This document shows, in pieces, positions 11,961-24,819 of a DNA stretch of 64,000 bases. The DNA comes from Vicugna vicugna (taxonomy: Eukaryota): NCBI GenBank assembly GCA_013265495.1, contig MU058065.1, positions 6,882,302-6,946,301 on the forward strand, given 5' to 3'. The first letter of the stretch is position 1. Every line of letters starts with the position of its first letter. The notes beneath the pieces were generated by a model, which searched no databases, was not told the origin of the DNA, and was given only the letters and a program-made list of their open reading frames with translations. The position numbers and the translations under genes are program-made.

Positions 11961-12799
11961 AGGCACTCTCCTCCCTCAGGCACCTAGGCATCTAGTTTAT
12001 CACCCTCCCACCCTCAGAGACACCCATCTGGACCGCTGTCAGCCTGGCTGTCATCAGTTTGAGGACTCCTGGGGAGCCCCCACCCATGCACGGATCAATG
12101 AGGGGGAGTGGCTGCCCCTCCCCGGCCATCTCTGGTTTGGGTCAGAACCCTGAAGGTTAGCACTGGAGTGTGTGCAAGGGCGGTGGAGATCTGAGCACAG
12201 AGGAACATTTCTGGGGGCTTTAAGCATCCCTCCCAAGTTTCTGTGGGAAGGGAGAGCAAGTTCCTGGAACTGTCTCTTTACACCCCACCCCCACCCAGGC
12301 TCGGAGGATTTAGTGTAAGGCTGGGCAGTAACAGAGTGAGCTGGAAATGGGGCTGATGGACATCAGGAGGAATTTCCTATTTATTCAGGAGGATGAAGGG
12401 TCATGGAGAGGATGGGGGCAGTAGCTGGGTTAGTGAGGTAGGAGGGGTCTGGCAGGACCCGCAGTGCTGTGGTTGAGCATCTTTTCCCCTGGGATCCTCC
12501 CGGAGAAGATCCTTGACAGTGCCTTCCGCTTGTGCATTGGGAGTGAGGAGGTTGAGGAGAGGATGGAGGTGGGGGTATAGCTGGCCAGGAGAGTAGAAAA
12601 CTGGTAAAACTGCATGTAACCTTAAATCCTCCCCTGGAGGCACATGACCTCAAGCCCCCAGAAGTCTCCAGTGAGGGGAAAGATTTCAGGGACTGGGGGT
12701 CTGTGTTCTGATCCACTCTCCATTCCTTAAGGGAACCACAGGGGTCCCTGTCATGTAGGGGGAAGGGAGGGCGCTCAGTGCATCATTCAGGCTAGAAGT

Positions 12800-13045
12800 G
12801 CCAGCTATAGAGCCAGTCTGCGTGGCTGTGAATTCTGGCTCTACCATTTGCTAACTGGGCTTTGGGCAAGTAACCTACTCTGCCTGTACCTTAGTTTTCA
12901 AACATGTAGGATGGAGATAATAAAAATACCTTTATCACTGGATTGTTGCGAGGATTAAATGAAGTAGGACATTTGAAGTGTTTACCAAATGCTTATTCCA
13001 TAGTAGGTGCTCAGTAAAAATTAGGGCTCTTATCTTTATTATTGC
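12800..13045 (+). mobile_element. MIR SINE
   Basis: aattctggctctaccatttgctaactgggctttgggcaagtaacc...gttgcgaggattaaatga...tagtaggtgctcagtaaa. Confidence 0.75.
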
Positions 13046-16000
13046 TGTGCTTTTCCAGCAAGTATCTCCCTCCTTGTAGACTTCTAGGCAGGCCAGAGAC
13101 GGGGTATGTGGGGATGGAGGGATCTCTCCCAGGATCCATTCTTCCCATCACATGGGTAGGAAGGATCCTTTCATTCCGTAAGAAGTTGAGATGTTCAGCT
13201 CCTCCTCCCAGCTGCCGCCTCTGGGACTCAGTTTCCCCTTCTGCCAATCCGCAGTGGGGAAAGGTGCCAGCCGGCTCCCGCCCCAGTCACCCAAGCTGTG
13301 CTTTGAAATCTAGCAAAATGCATTGTCCCCAGGGATTGGCTGCAAGGCAGGCGCTGCAGCTGTGAACCGCGGGGCCAGAGCCCCATCCGCACTCCTCTGG
13401 GCTCTGAGTTCAAATGCTGCGGAGTCCAGGTTTTCAGACTTGGGAAAAGGCAGCCTGCAGCAGGAATGGCCAGCCAGGACCAGGTCAGTCGGACCCCAGA
13501 CCACTTGGTAATTCCCCCTCCTCATTTGGAGAGGTTGAAGATGACCTAACTCCTCCTGGGCTAGGGTTTGAGCTGGGGACTGGGGGTGAGGGGCTGGATG
13601 ATCAGCTGTGGCTGCCTCCCTCCAGCCTCCAAGGGCCTAAGTGAGGCAGGAAACTAGAGCTAGGGAAAAGACTGAGATCACCGAGTCAAGCTCTGGGAAG
13701 GATTTTACTAAAAATTGTTGAGATTGGGCCCAGAGACTGTCCCCACCCAGGATGCAGGTGAAGGGGAGGTAGGGGAAGGGGATGTGAATCATGCTCCTTC
13801 CTGGGTCAGCTGAGGAAACCGAGGCCCAGATAGGGCCTGGTTGGAGCCTAACTTTCCATCTTAGGGAGCATTCTGATTTCTGGAATGCAAGGAAGTGACC
13901 TCCATATCATACTGGAGGGGTGGTAGGCATGCAGGCAAGGGGCTGGACCTCCCCTCACCCCTAGGGTCCCTTGATGGGCATTAGGATGAATGTCCCATGC
14001 TCCAGGCTGATGTGAGTCCCAGGCTTGGTGAGTAGAGCATGGACAGGGCCTCAGCCGCCCTCACTCCTTGGCTGCACCCTTGTTCCCTGAACACCCTGAA
14101 CTCTAGTATGTGGAGGCTCTGTGCCACCCAGAACTCAAAGGCTGAGTGTGTATGGGGGAGGGGAGCAGGGAAAGGTGGTATGGTTTATCTGAACAGAGTC
14201 CCTGTGGCCAGAAGGGGCCAGACCCTGCCCTTACCCAGGGCTTACTACGACTCTGCTTTTTCTCTTCTGGTTGGCTCTTCTGGAGCCACTAGGGAGTCAG
14301 TCAGTCTCACCCTGACCCAGGTGGCAGGACTGTCCTCGGCTTCCCTCTGTGTGTCCCCCTGCCCCGTCCTTGCTGCCCCAAGCTGGACCTGGGTCTGAGC
14401 AGCTGACCTTTTTCCTGGAGCTTCAGCACCAGCCCTTGGATAAGGAGTCAGGAGGAAAGGACAGCTAACACATCACCTCAACATGGGACCAGCCCATGTC
14501 CCTGCGCGACTGTATTGCTAGAGGAGCAGCAAGAAAATCCTTGATCCTCACGAGAGGGGGGATCAGATGCCCTGGACTCCATTCTCACATGTATTAGTTG
14601 TGTGACTCTGAGCAAGTTGCTGAACCTCTTTGTGCCTCAGCTGATAGGAGGCTTAAATATGGTACTGCAATTAAGCATCTGGTTAGTTAATATGGATCTA
14701 TCTGGGGACGGGGGCGGAGTGGCAGAGTCCAAGGGGGCCAAAGGATGCAGATACGGTTACCGAGGGCTTTGGTGTCAGGTTCCTGTGTCCCATGCTGTTG
14801 GGAATCTGCCGTTGGTCACTGACGGGGAATCGCAGCACCAGCTCTGCACTTGCCTATCTGGTGGGAGGATCTGGGACCCGCTGGGAGGAAGGCTGCGGTG
14901 CCTGTGGCCCCAGTGTGAAGGCAATGGCTGCAGCGTTGGCAGGAGAAAGCTGGCAGCATGACTCTGGTCTTACAGTGACTGGACAGTGGGTGCTTGGGAA
15001 AAAAATCTGGGGCCTGGGAGCCACTGCTCTGTGACCTCAGGTCCGTCCCACCCACTCCCTCCACTGCAGTGGTTTCATCTCTTAGCAAGGGGGCTGGGTT
15101 AGGTGAGCGGTACGTCACAGGCCAAAGCCCCTTGGCAGATTTGTTTCATTTAAGCTGACAGAATGATTTAAAAAAAGAAAAAGCCAACCTTTAAAAATTC
15201 GTATTTTTTTCATATTTTGTATGAAAGGTTCATAAGATAATATAGATTTGGGGTTTTTCTTGAAAGATCAAAAGATCTGACAGTGTGGACTCATGTCGCT
15301 GATGCCACAGTGGTTGTTGCTGCGGGGCGGGGTCCCCGTTAGCCGGACCTGCCCTCTCCAGGTCCCCGTAGACTCCTTGCCCACTCCCCTCATTTAATTT
15401 GTGTCGAGCCCCTGAAGGCTCTGACTGTGAGCCCTGGACTAGTTGAGCCTGGAGGTCTTTCCAGCTCTAATGTTCTGTGACCTTCGGATTCTGCGGGCAG
15501 TGGTGACAGAGGAAAGTCTCGATGCCACAATAGGAGGTGGGCTGACAAAGGGAAGAACTTTTTGATGGGCAAGTGTGGAAGGATAGAAAGAATGGATTGG
15601 AGGGAGCTGGGGCCTTGCCCTGGGAAATCCGTGGCATCACAGGAGGTGGAGCTGGAAAGAAACTTCGAGACCATCATCAGCTTGATCAGTTTGCAGGTGA
15701 GGAAACTGAGGCTGGGAGAGGGCAGTGCCAGGCTCAGGCTTTGTTCCTGCCCTCACTCACCCTTCCCTCTACCTCAGCTCAGCCTGCCTCCGGTCCCAGC
15801 GCCAGCCCCAGAGCCCACAGTCCTGACTGTTTCTTCAATTGGTTGCTGGCTGGAGGGCAGTGAGCAGCAAGCAGGAAGGCTCTGTGTGCAGAGGGGAGAG
15901 AGGAATTAAACACCAGCCGCTGCAGGAATGGCTGGGGCAGTGGGTGGCATGTCACAGGGTCGGGGTGCTTGCTAAGGCTCTTGGGACCCCAGCCTGGAAA

Positions 16001-18919
16001 ACCCTGCCAGCCCACTGGCGTGTACCTGATGTCTGCTGTGTGTGAGACCCTGGTGCAGGCATGGGGTGGGGATCCTGGGATGGGTGATACTGATCCAGCC
16101 TGTGGAGAGTCTGCAGCCTGAGAGAGCTCGGAGGTGAGGGGGTGAAAGGAAGAGATGGTGCTGAAGATAGGTGGGTATTACAAGCATGTGCAAAGGTATG
16201 CAAGCAAGGTGCACCCAACACCCTTTCAAGGGGGCCAGAGTGGGCTGGGAGGAGGATTTTGGAAGGGGATAGTAGGTGATAAAAATAGGAAGATATGTTA
16301 GGATCCATTGATTGGTAGATTGAGTCATTGCTTCTTCTCATGGCTGGCACCTGCTGTATGCCAGGCTCTGGGGTTACAAACACAGGCTATGTCCTTGCCC
16401 AAGGAACTCTCCTCATGTGTGGGTGGGGGAGGGGACACCAGGCTGTGAAGGATGAATAATGGGTAACAAGCCTGAAAGCAGAGTCATTACACACAGATAG
16501 ACACCTCAGATGGCAGAGTTGAACATTCAACAGGGAAGGTGGTGGTTGGGTAGCTGGAAGTTCTTCCCAACAGTGAGAGGTTAAAATACAGGGGAGACCC
16601 CCATAGTCTTGGAAAAGAGGGGTGAAATTCTCGAAGGGGCCCCGCAGCACTAGCGTTCTCCACTCCCATTTTCAGTCCCAGCTGAGGGGACTGCAAAGGG
16701 AGCTGGCCTGGGGGCTGCAGGGACACTTTGGGCTGCATGGGAGGCTGGATTAGTTAGTGTCACTGTGACTTCGTCTTCGGTCTTGTTTTTCTTGTTTCTG
16801 GGAAGCCGCAAGGTGATTTCTCAGAACTCCCGAGATAGCTGCCGGGAGGCATATCTTCTAGTGACGCCAGCAGCAAAGGGCTTTGGGAGCAGGCAGGGGG
16901 AGACGGGTGGGAGTGGGCACTGGGATGTCAGGGCTGAGCTGGCTGAGCCCTTGAAGTTGCTGGGAGGCTGGCAGGGCTGGTGATGATGGCTAGGGGAGGG
17001 CCTCTGGGAACCACTCCTCCTTGATGACCCTACACTCCAGCCAGTGGAGAGAGGGAGGGTTTGCAGGAGTGTCTGTCTGTGGGCATCCCTAGAGGTGGCT
17101 GCAGGGCCAGCTACATGTGGGACACTGGTCCATTTCAGTGTTGGCTGAACTGTCAATTGAACCCTGGCAGGCTTGGAAGGGATACCCAGGGGGCATTGTG
17201 GTTCTGGAAAGGGATGCAGGGTAGGGGCAGAAACTTTCATTGCCCCATAGCTCTGCAGAAGGACTTAGAAAGATGTGAGAAGGGACCCTGATTCCTCACC
17301 TTATAGCCTTCATGAGAGCAAAGATTCTTGACTCAGGTACCTGCTTCAGGAAGGACCAGAATTAGACATCTTGCTTTGGTATCCTCCCCTGACTTCTCGT
17401 ATCACCAAGTAATAGAGGCGCTTGTGCAGTGCACAACTTGCACAGCTGCACGTGGCAGCCTTTTCCCAGATGAAATGTGAATGTTTCCCTCTCATTCTGG
17501 GGTATCCCAGGTAGGTGTCCTGGCTGGACTGGGCTGGGAGCCAGCACACCTGGCTGGGCAGGTCCACCTAAAGGGAGAGGCCAGTTGAAGAGATTGAATC
17601 TTGAAGTTGTGCCGTGTGTGGTGCTGACAGAGAGTGGTGAGGGCATGCTCTTGGGTGAGTGGGAGACAGAGGCAGGGGATATATAACCCTTTTCACATGT
17701 GACCCGGGTCATGTATTGCATGCTGGTGTGTGTACATAGGAGCTCAAGCAGAGGACTTTCTTGCCAAGTTACTCAATCCAAGAAAATGGTCTCTGAGTGC
17801 CTGCTCTGGGTGGGGCCCTGTCCTCGGCATTCTGTGTGTTTATGTGAGTTGGACTGTGTGTCTTGGTGTGTGTGTGTCTGCAGAAGGGGGTGGGGCTGAG
17901 CCCTCTTCCCCTCCCCTGGAAGGCTCCAAAAAATAGAGCTGGTGATTCACCAGCCCCACCCACCCTCACTTGGTCCAGCTGCGGCCAGAGCTCCAAGAGG
18001 AAAGTTTTGGAGGGGAAGGTGGAGGGGGGGTTGAGACAATGAAGGCCCCCGGGGGCAGATTTTGCTGGATTCCCCTGCAGTGAACCCTGGGAATGCTTTT
18101 GGAACCTGTACCCCTCTTCTTCCCTGCTCTAGACCCCGAACTCTTGGCCCTGGGCTACGGTGTTGGTGTCAGGGAGGGGAGGAGAGGGGAGGGCTCGTTG
18201 AGGGGGTTGGGGGAGACCCTGTTTGAGGAGAAGTAGGCATGTGGAATGGTGGGAGGTGAAAACTGGGCCCAGGGAGGGGAGCAGGGGAGGTGGAGGAGGA
18301 AGTGGGGAAATGCAAACCAAATGTTGGCCCAGGGCACAGTCAAGAAAAACAGACTCTGGCGGGAGCCTGCAGCGGGGCTCCCTTTAGGAACGGCAGGAAG
18401 GGCTGGGACAGATGTTTGGAGAAAAGAAAGAAAGGGGGAAAAGATGTAGGAAAAACTTGAAATGAAATCCACAGCTCAGAGGGGGCAGGGCCGTCCTCCA
18501 GCGGTCTCAAGCCTGGTTTCTCGAGAGTAAAGCATCGGGCTCTGAGCTTGCTGAAGGGGCACCAGGGCCTGACCTGGCTAAGTGTGTGTAAGCGAGCGTG
18601 TGTTCCGAGGGCGGGAGGGCATGTGTGTGATCTTGGAGATGGGATGGGGCCAGGGAACCCCAGGGCAGGCAGACTGTGCGGTCCTATGTCTGCCTGTCCA
18701 TCCATCAAAGGTCGGGGGTGGGGGTCTGCAGTAAGTAGAACAGACTCCAGACGCCTGGTGGTGCCCAATCAAACCAGAAGGCAGAAGGAGCCTTGGGGGT
18801 TCACAGGGGCAGTGTGTCTGGGTTTGGGGGTGGCTTCTGCAGGGAGGGGCTGTCTCCTGCTTTGCCTCCTTTCCACCCCCTGTAAAGCAGAGCTTCTGAC
18901 CCCCAAAGCCACTAGTGGA

Positions 18920-19200
18920 GCTGGGAGGAGGGAGGAGACAGGAGGCTGGGACAAGCGGGTGGAGTGGGGGAGGAGGAGGAGAAGGAGGGAGGGTGAGTTG
19001 GAGGCAGGCAGGGCGAGCTGCCGGGCCGACAGATGCTGGCGGAGCCAGAGCAGCCGCCGCAGACTCAGAACTCCCTTCTGCCTACTCTGTGGGGACTGCG
19101 AGCTCAGGGGGACAATTTGCAGGCCCCGAGTGTTGCCCCAGACACGGGACCCATCGAAGATGACGTGGATCTGTCTGTCCTGCATGCTCTGGGTAGGTCC
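18920..19200 (+). promoter_or_regulatory. GA-rich, CpG-enriched promoter and 5' UTR of TNS1 exon 1B
   Basis: Purine-rich gggaggag tracts followed by a CpG cluster (gggcgagctgccgggccgac...gccgccgc) directly upstream of the ATG at 19160. Confidence 0.65.
19160..19192 (+). CDS. TNS1: Tensin 1, alternative first coding exon B (MTWICLSCMLW, 11 codons, phase-0 end)
   Basis: aagATGa at 19160, donor TGG|gtaggt at 19192/19193. [19 protein letters not shown] matches the recalled N-terminus of long TNS1 isoforms. Confidence 0.93.
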
Positions 19201-21249
19201 TGCTGCTCTAGCTAGGCGCTTGAACCCCACCCCCCACCCCCACTCCTTCGACCTTAGCCTGAGGCTGAGAGAGCCTGTGGTGGGGGGAGTGTCGAAGGTG
19301 AAGGAGGGGGGTCTCTCTGTCTCTGAGGAATGGAAGGAAAATCTGACTTGAGTAGATCCTGAGCCTGAGTCTTTCCCCATCAACAGGGCCCAGGCCCTGG
19401 TTCTACTGGTCAGTACACCCCGCTTCCCACTCCTCTCTCCCTGAGTTGAGTTCAGGAGCTGCAAGTAGAAAGAAGTCATCAAAAAGTTCGATTCTTTTTG
19501 GAGCCTCTCCTGTCCCCACCCCCACCGCCACCCCCACACTGGGGTGAAAATTCTTTACCCCTCAGTTGCTCAGCCCATGAGTTTGAGGAAGGGGCAGTGG
19601 TAGGGGCCCGGGGAACAGGGGATATTGACCTAGAAAGTGAAATTTGGAGAAGCAGGGCTTGGGGTAGGCTCTGCTCAGATTCCATCAGTTTTATCCCAAT
19701 TTCAAATTCTACCCGCTGCTATCCCTCCCTCCACAGTCCTCCCATCCTTACCAAGACCTCCCGACTCCCTCCTGTCTCAGAGGAGGAAGCCATGGCCTCC
19801 TCTCCCCCTTTTCTTGGCCCCGATTCAGGAAGGTGTGTGTTGGGGCGAGGTGCCTGAGGGGTCGCAGGCAGGGTCTGGGGGCCACGTGGTGAGGGTGAAA
19901 AGTCTTAAGGCCAGTCAGGGGCAGAGGCTTCTGGGAGAGGGGGCTGGGAGGGGGCTGACTTCTGGAAGAGGGGAGGGAGTAAGGATGAGAGACCCCTTCC
20001 TCAGAGGGGCTCCGCTGCTGTCTGGGTCAGGAGAAGGCATGCACAGGGGTCAGGAGGGCGAGGAAGTCATCCCTGGCTGAGGTTAATGTTGGTTTCAAAG
20101 AAAATGATGGCTGGTTTGGGGGAGGGGGCTTCAGGCCCAGGATCCAGATGTGGCCTTTCCTGCCCCTTTCCCTGTTTCGGCCAGTCCTGGGGAGGGTCCT
20201 CTTTGGCCCAGGCAAGCCCAGGCTGAGGACAGTGGTGGGAGATCAGACTTGGGCAGCCAGGTGTACTTTGGGCAGAGAGGGGAAGAGGGGAATAGGGGAA
20301 GAGGGGAAGGGGCTGGGCTGAGAGGGTTTGGGTGGAGTGTGGGGCTTGGGTGTGGGCATGGGTCTGAGTAATAGATGGAAGGTGTCTGGAGAGTCCTGCG
20401 CAGAGGAGGCATCAGGGGTTCATTGGGCTGGTGTCGACATCTGTAAAATGGGAGCAAGTTCATCTCTCCAGGCCCTTCTGGCTCCTTGGGACAGGCTCTG
20501 GGAGGCCTGCGGACTGTGCTGAGGATAGAGGTGGGCAGGGAGGGAGGCCTGCAGTGGGCAGGATGGCAGTTGGACTTCCAGGGGTGATGTGCTGCTGTGG
20601 ATGGAGGAAGGGCCACGTCAGCGGAGTGGCAGTGGGAGAAGCGTTTCTTGGCTGTGAGCCTCAGTTTCCCTGTTGGTGAGATGAAGCTGATGGAGTGGGG
20701 TGCAGTAACCCTGTCCATGTTTCTTCTCTCCCTGAGAGCTGGGAGAGGGGACAGGGGACCAAGGGCAAGTGTGGATTCTGCGACTTCTCTGAGGCCTTCC
20801 CTTTGCTCCTTTTTCTGCCCCCTCTCCTAGTGCCTTCCCAGCCCCTGTCCCGCCCCCACCCCCCACCACTGGGGCTGTGGGACAGCCGAGTGGGCAGGTT
20901 TCTGTGGGAATGGGAAGCAGCTGGTGGGAGTGGGCTGGGCAGAGGGTGTTTTCTCTCCGTCCAGCCCCGGCCTGGATGCCCACTGGCAGGATGGGCCCGA
21001 GTCTGGCATTGGGTGGACTGGCCCAAGGCCACAGTCCTGGCCCCATCAAGCTTCTTATCCCCCTCCTCCAGTCATCCAAGGCTATTGTACCAGAACTTTC
21101 CTCTTTTCTGGATGGGCCTCTATGGGACTGGGGTGTGTGTTTGTAGCAGGGAACGAAGGGATAACCAGTGCCAATTATGGATGGGGGCATGGAGGTCCTG
21201 GAGACCAGGTGTTGCTTCTGCCTTGAGAGGCACCTGGTGGTGGGAAGTG

Positions 21250-21465
21250 TGTGAACTTTGACACCAGGCAGGGTTAAGCTCAGATCCTAGTTTTGTCATT
21301 TACCAGATGGGCAGCCTTAGGTGCAACAGCTTCCTTCTTGAGCCTCAGTTTCCTGACCCGTCAAGTGGGAAGAATAATCCACACTTTTTGTCCGGCTCGG
21401 GTGAAGACAGAGACAATGTACATCCCCAAAGACCAGGCACCCAGGCACACAGTAGGTGTTCAGGA
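21250..21465 (+). mobile_element. MIR SINE
   Basis: cttcttgagcctcagtttcctgacc...gcacccaggcacacagtaggtgttcag. Confidence 0.6.
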
Positions 21466-23227
21466 AATGCCGGTGCTTCCCCCACTCCATACCCCTCTGC
21501 TAGGCTTATGGGATTCCCTATATCCCAGATCTGATGTGGGGGAGGATCTCCCCAGGAATAGCTGCAGACAGTTCAGCCAAGAAGTAATCTATCTGTAGCA
21601 CATGGTTTTAACAAGCTCTAGGAATAAAAATCACTTTATTAGCTGGGGAGCATAGCTATATATTATGCATAACTTGATTTTTTTCTTCAAATGCTCCCAC
21701 TTGCTATTACATTTTCAAGTATGGTTTATTTAGAGAACAATTACATGCTATTAATTGAGGCTTTTTGTGTTGCCCAGATGGAGTTAGAGCCGCAGGCTCT
21801 TCCTTCCGGAGGGGCTCATTCTGTTTCTGGGAACTGGGAAGGAGCTTATTAGGTGGGGCTGAAAGAACCCCCAGGCAGGACTGAAGGCCAAGTCCAGCCC
21901 TGACCCCGCCCTGAGCAAGCCCTGTGGCCTCAGGCTCGTCACTTGACTTCTGGGCCTCCCCGAAGCTTGGATGGTGTTCTCTGAGGCCACTTCCAGCCAC
22001 AGACAAGGAAGCGTTCTCTTTGCTGGGGCCTGTGTGCTTCCCAGCGCCAAGCACACGTCTTTGTTGGAACGTCCTCAGGGGCCCCTGGTTTCCTGGTGGG
22101 CAGTTCTTGCCCTGTACACCCCAGCCTGACCACTTGGTCCTGAGTTCACTCTCTGGAGTTTTGTTGGCCCGTAAGGGCTGTGCCCACCGTGGGCTTGGGA
22201 GCTAGTCTGGGCTGCATGAGACTGACCAGGGTCTGAAACAAAACACTCCCTTTGTAAAATTTTTCAAAATGACGTTTGAGGTACAAAGTCCAGGAGAAAT
22301 ACTGTCCTGTTTTTGGGCAGCGTTCAGAGGAAGTGTGGCATGCTGGCCGAGAGCTCAGTGCCTGGGTTTCATCCTGGCTCTGTCAGTTGTGAGCTTTGTG
22401 ACCTTAGGCCAGTAGCTTCAAATCTCTGTCTCGCAGTTTCCTCACCTACCTATAGGGTCATTAGGTTTTAAATGAGCCAATATATGTAGAATAGTGTCTC
22501 CTTCTCAGTAAGAGCTTGAGAAATGTTAGCTCTTTTCATCTGATAGCACATTTTCAAGGCCATGCAGCAAGTTTGTCAGAACTAGAACCTGGATCTCCTG
22601 CCTCCCCAACCAAGGCTTCCTTTCTGGGAGTACTTTAGGGCAGAGCATGTGGGGTCGGTGAGAATGGAGGTAAGGAAGAAGTGAAGGCCCAGAACATGCA
22701 GGCCTTTTCCTGCAAGTAGCTTGCACAGGGTCAGAGCATGGACTTGGGTGCAAATCCTGGCTCTGCCGCTTGCTAGCTGTGTGGTCCCGGCAGCTGCTGA
22801 ACTTCTCTGTGCCTTATCTGTGTCCATTTCCTTGAGTTCCACAATTTCATTTGAACCTCACTGTGATTCTGGGAGGTAGGAAGGCCAGGGAACTCCAGTT
22901 TCTAGCCAAGGTGAAGGGGACCCACAGAGGGGAAGGGGCCTGCCCAAGGGACCACAGGGCCACTGGGTTCAGTGCTCCTGCGGAGAGGAGGGGTATGGGC
23001 TGGGGGCTTTGCAGCTCTGTGTTGAGGGGCTGGTGGTGAGCAGTCCAGGGATAGGAAGTGGTGAGCACCGTGACGAAGAAACCGTGCAGTCGTTGGGCCA
23101 TGTGAGCCCCCACCCACCCACGTTCCCGTCCATTTACCTCACATATGATTACAGGTGCCGACTTTCTTCAAGAAACTTGCAAATATTAGGCAAATGATTG
23201 CAATAAGATGGGTGTTACCAGGAGGAT

Positions 23228-23475
23228 GGGGGTCGGGTTATAGCTCAGTGGTACAGTATGTGCTTAGCATGCATGAGGTCCTGGGTTCAATCCCCAGTAC
23301 CTCCATTAAAAATAAATACACATTGTGCTGTACATCAGAAACTGACACAACACTGTTGTTATGTACTTCAGTTAAAAAAATAATAAGAAGGAACAAAGAA
23401 ATAAATACACAAGTAATATCTTAAAAAATAAATAAAGGTGTTTAAAAATAAATTTTAAAAATGTTAAAAATAAAC
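23228..23475 (+). mobile_element. tRNA-derived SINE, camelid Vic-1 type, with a nested L1 3' tail
   Basis: A box tagctcagtggt, B box ggttcaatccc, A-rich tail. TSD agatgg(g/c)tgttaccagga at 23206-23223 and 23476-23493 (17 of 18 identical). Confidence 0.9.
23323..23398 (+). mobile_element. Severely 5'-truncated L1 3' end inserted in the SINE tail
   Basis: ttgtgctgtacatcagaaactgacacaacactgt...tacttcagttaaaaaaa resembles the artiodactyl L1 terminus. Flanked by a perfect 13-bp direct repeat aaataaatacaca (23310-23322 and 23399-23411). Confidence 0.75.
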
Positions 23476-24539
23476 AGATGGCTGTTACCAGGATGGAAAC
23501 TGTGGGGACATTTAAAGGAGGACCTAACCTAGATTAGGGGAGAGGAAGATGTATCAGGAAAGACCTGTCCAGAGGTGAACTTTAAAATAGCTCCAGTGAT
23601 GAAGCTGAGGCCTCAGAAATCCAAGTGCAGGAAGTAAGAATAATTGAGGAAGAATAAGGCGGAGTAAAGTGGCCAGTGGACGGCCTTTGGACCGAGGGGC
23701 ACTGACGATGTAACTGCCGGGGCTCCTCCAGGTCACATGGGCGGCAGCTGTCGACACACCCTTGGGAGTGGTGGTAGTGCCATGGTTAGGGACTTGGGGA
23801 CCCTGTCTCAGACTCAGATTTGAATCTTCCATCCCGCCTTCCCTGTATGTCTCAGAGCACATTCCTCAGCCTCATCGTAGGACGTTGTTGTGAGGATTCA
23901 GTGATGCAACCTGTGCCAGCCCCTTGCCATGGTGTCAGGCCCATTCATGGGAGCTTAGACGACCCACATATCTGCGCCCTCCCACTCCAGGAGATGATTT
24001 CACCTCAGAGCACAAGAAAGGGACTTGGGACTTGGTGCTCAAGAATGGTGGGATGCGGTTTATGACGAAGCCTAGGGGAGAGAGAGACAGGCAGTCTGAT
24101 GGAGAAGAGATGATTCAGCTCAGGAAGCCAAGTCAGGGGCGAGGGCCACCAGGGAGAATCCCAGGCTTCCCAAGCCTCCGTGTGCTCCTCTGTCACCGGG
24201 GAGCGCAGTTAAAGCCACTGTCTGCATCCTCCATCCCGTGGAGATCCAGGGCTTCTCAGTGTCAGAGAGCTTTCTCCTTGGCCAGGTGATGCCAGCCCCT
24301 GGTGTCTGTGGTGAGTGAAGGGGCGGAGCCCGTGTTCTGTCCTCTGAGGGCTGGACAATGGGAGTGGGTGGAATTACACTAGAATGAACCAAGGTCAGTC
24401 AGCAGATCCATCTGGTTCGCTCCTTCTGACTTGTTCGGGGCTCATGCCGTTCTGGACCCAGGGGACACGGAGCAGCATGACATGCAGATGCATGTGCCCA
24501 GTGGGCTAGTCCAGCACACACAGGCACGTCAACACAAAT

Positions 24540-24740
24540 CAGAGCCCATTTCCAGTAAGCGCTTACTACAAGTCAGGCGCTATTCCAACCACTTTTCAGG
24601 CATCGCATTCTTGTGATCCTCACAACCTAGGAGCAGTTGCTATGATTAACCCACTCAGCAGATTAGCAAAGCGAGGCAGACAGGGGTTAAGCACCTTGCC
24701 CAGGGTCACTGAGCTAACAAGTGGGGAAGCAGGAATCCGT
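24540..24740 (-). mobile_element. MIR SINE
   Basis: gatcctcacaac...gaggcagacaggggttaagcaccttgcccagggtcactgagcta. Confidence 0.6.
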
Positions 24741-24819
24741 CAGATTGCACAGAGTGCTGTGATGGGGCATGAAGCACATGTAATGCAGGAAGGGAAGGCA
24801 CACTGGGCAGCGCTTAGCG

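Noticed and set aside
21171..21180. Perfect CArG box CCAATTATGG about 2 kb downstream of exon 1B
   Set aside because: Plausible for a cytoskeletal gene, but a few such 10-mers are expected by chance in 64 kb and I have no supporting context.
23228..23305. tRNA-like sequences with A and B boxes (also at 3280-3376 and 52273-52404)
   Set aside because: A-rich tails and target-site duplications identify them as SINEs, not tRNA genes.
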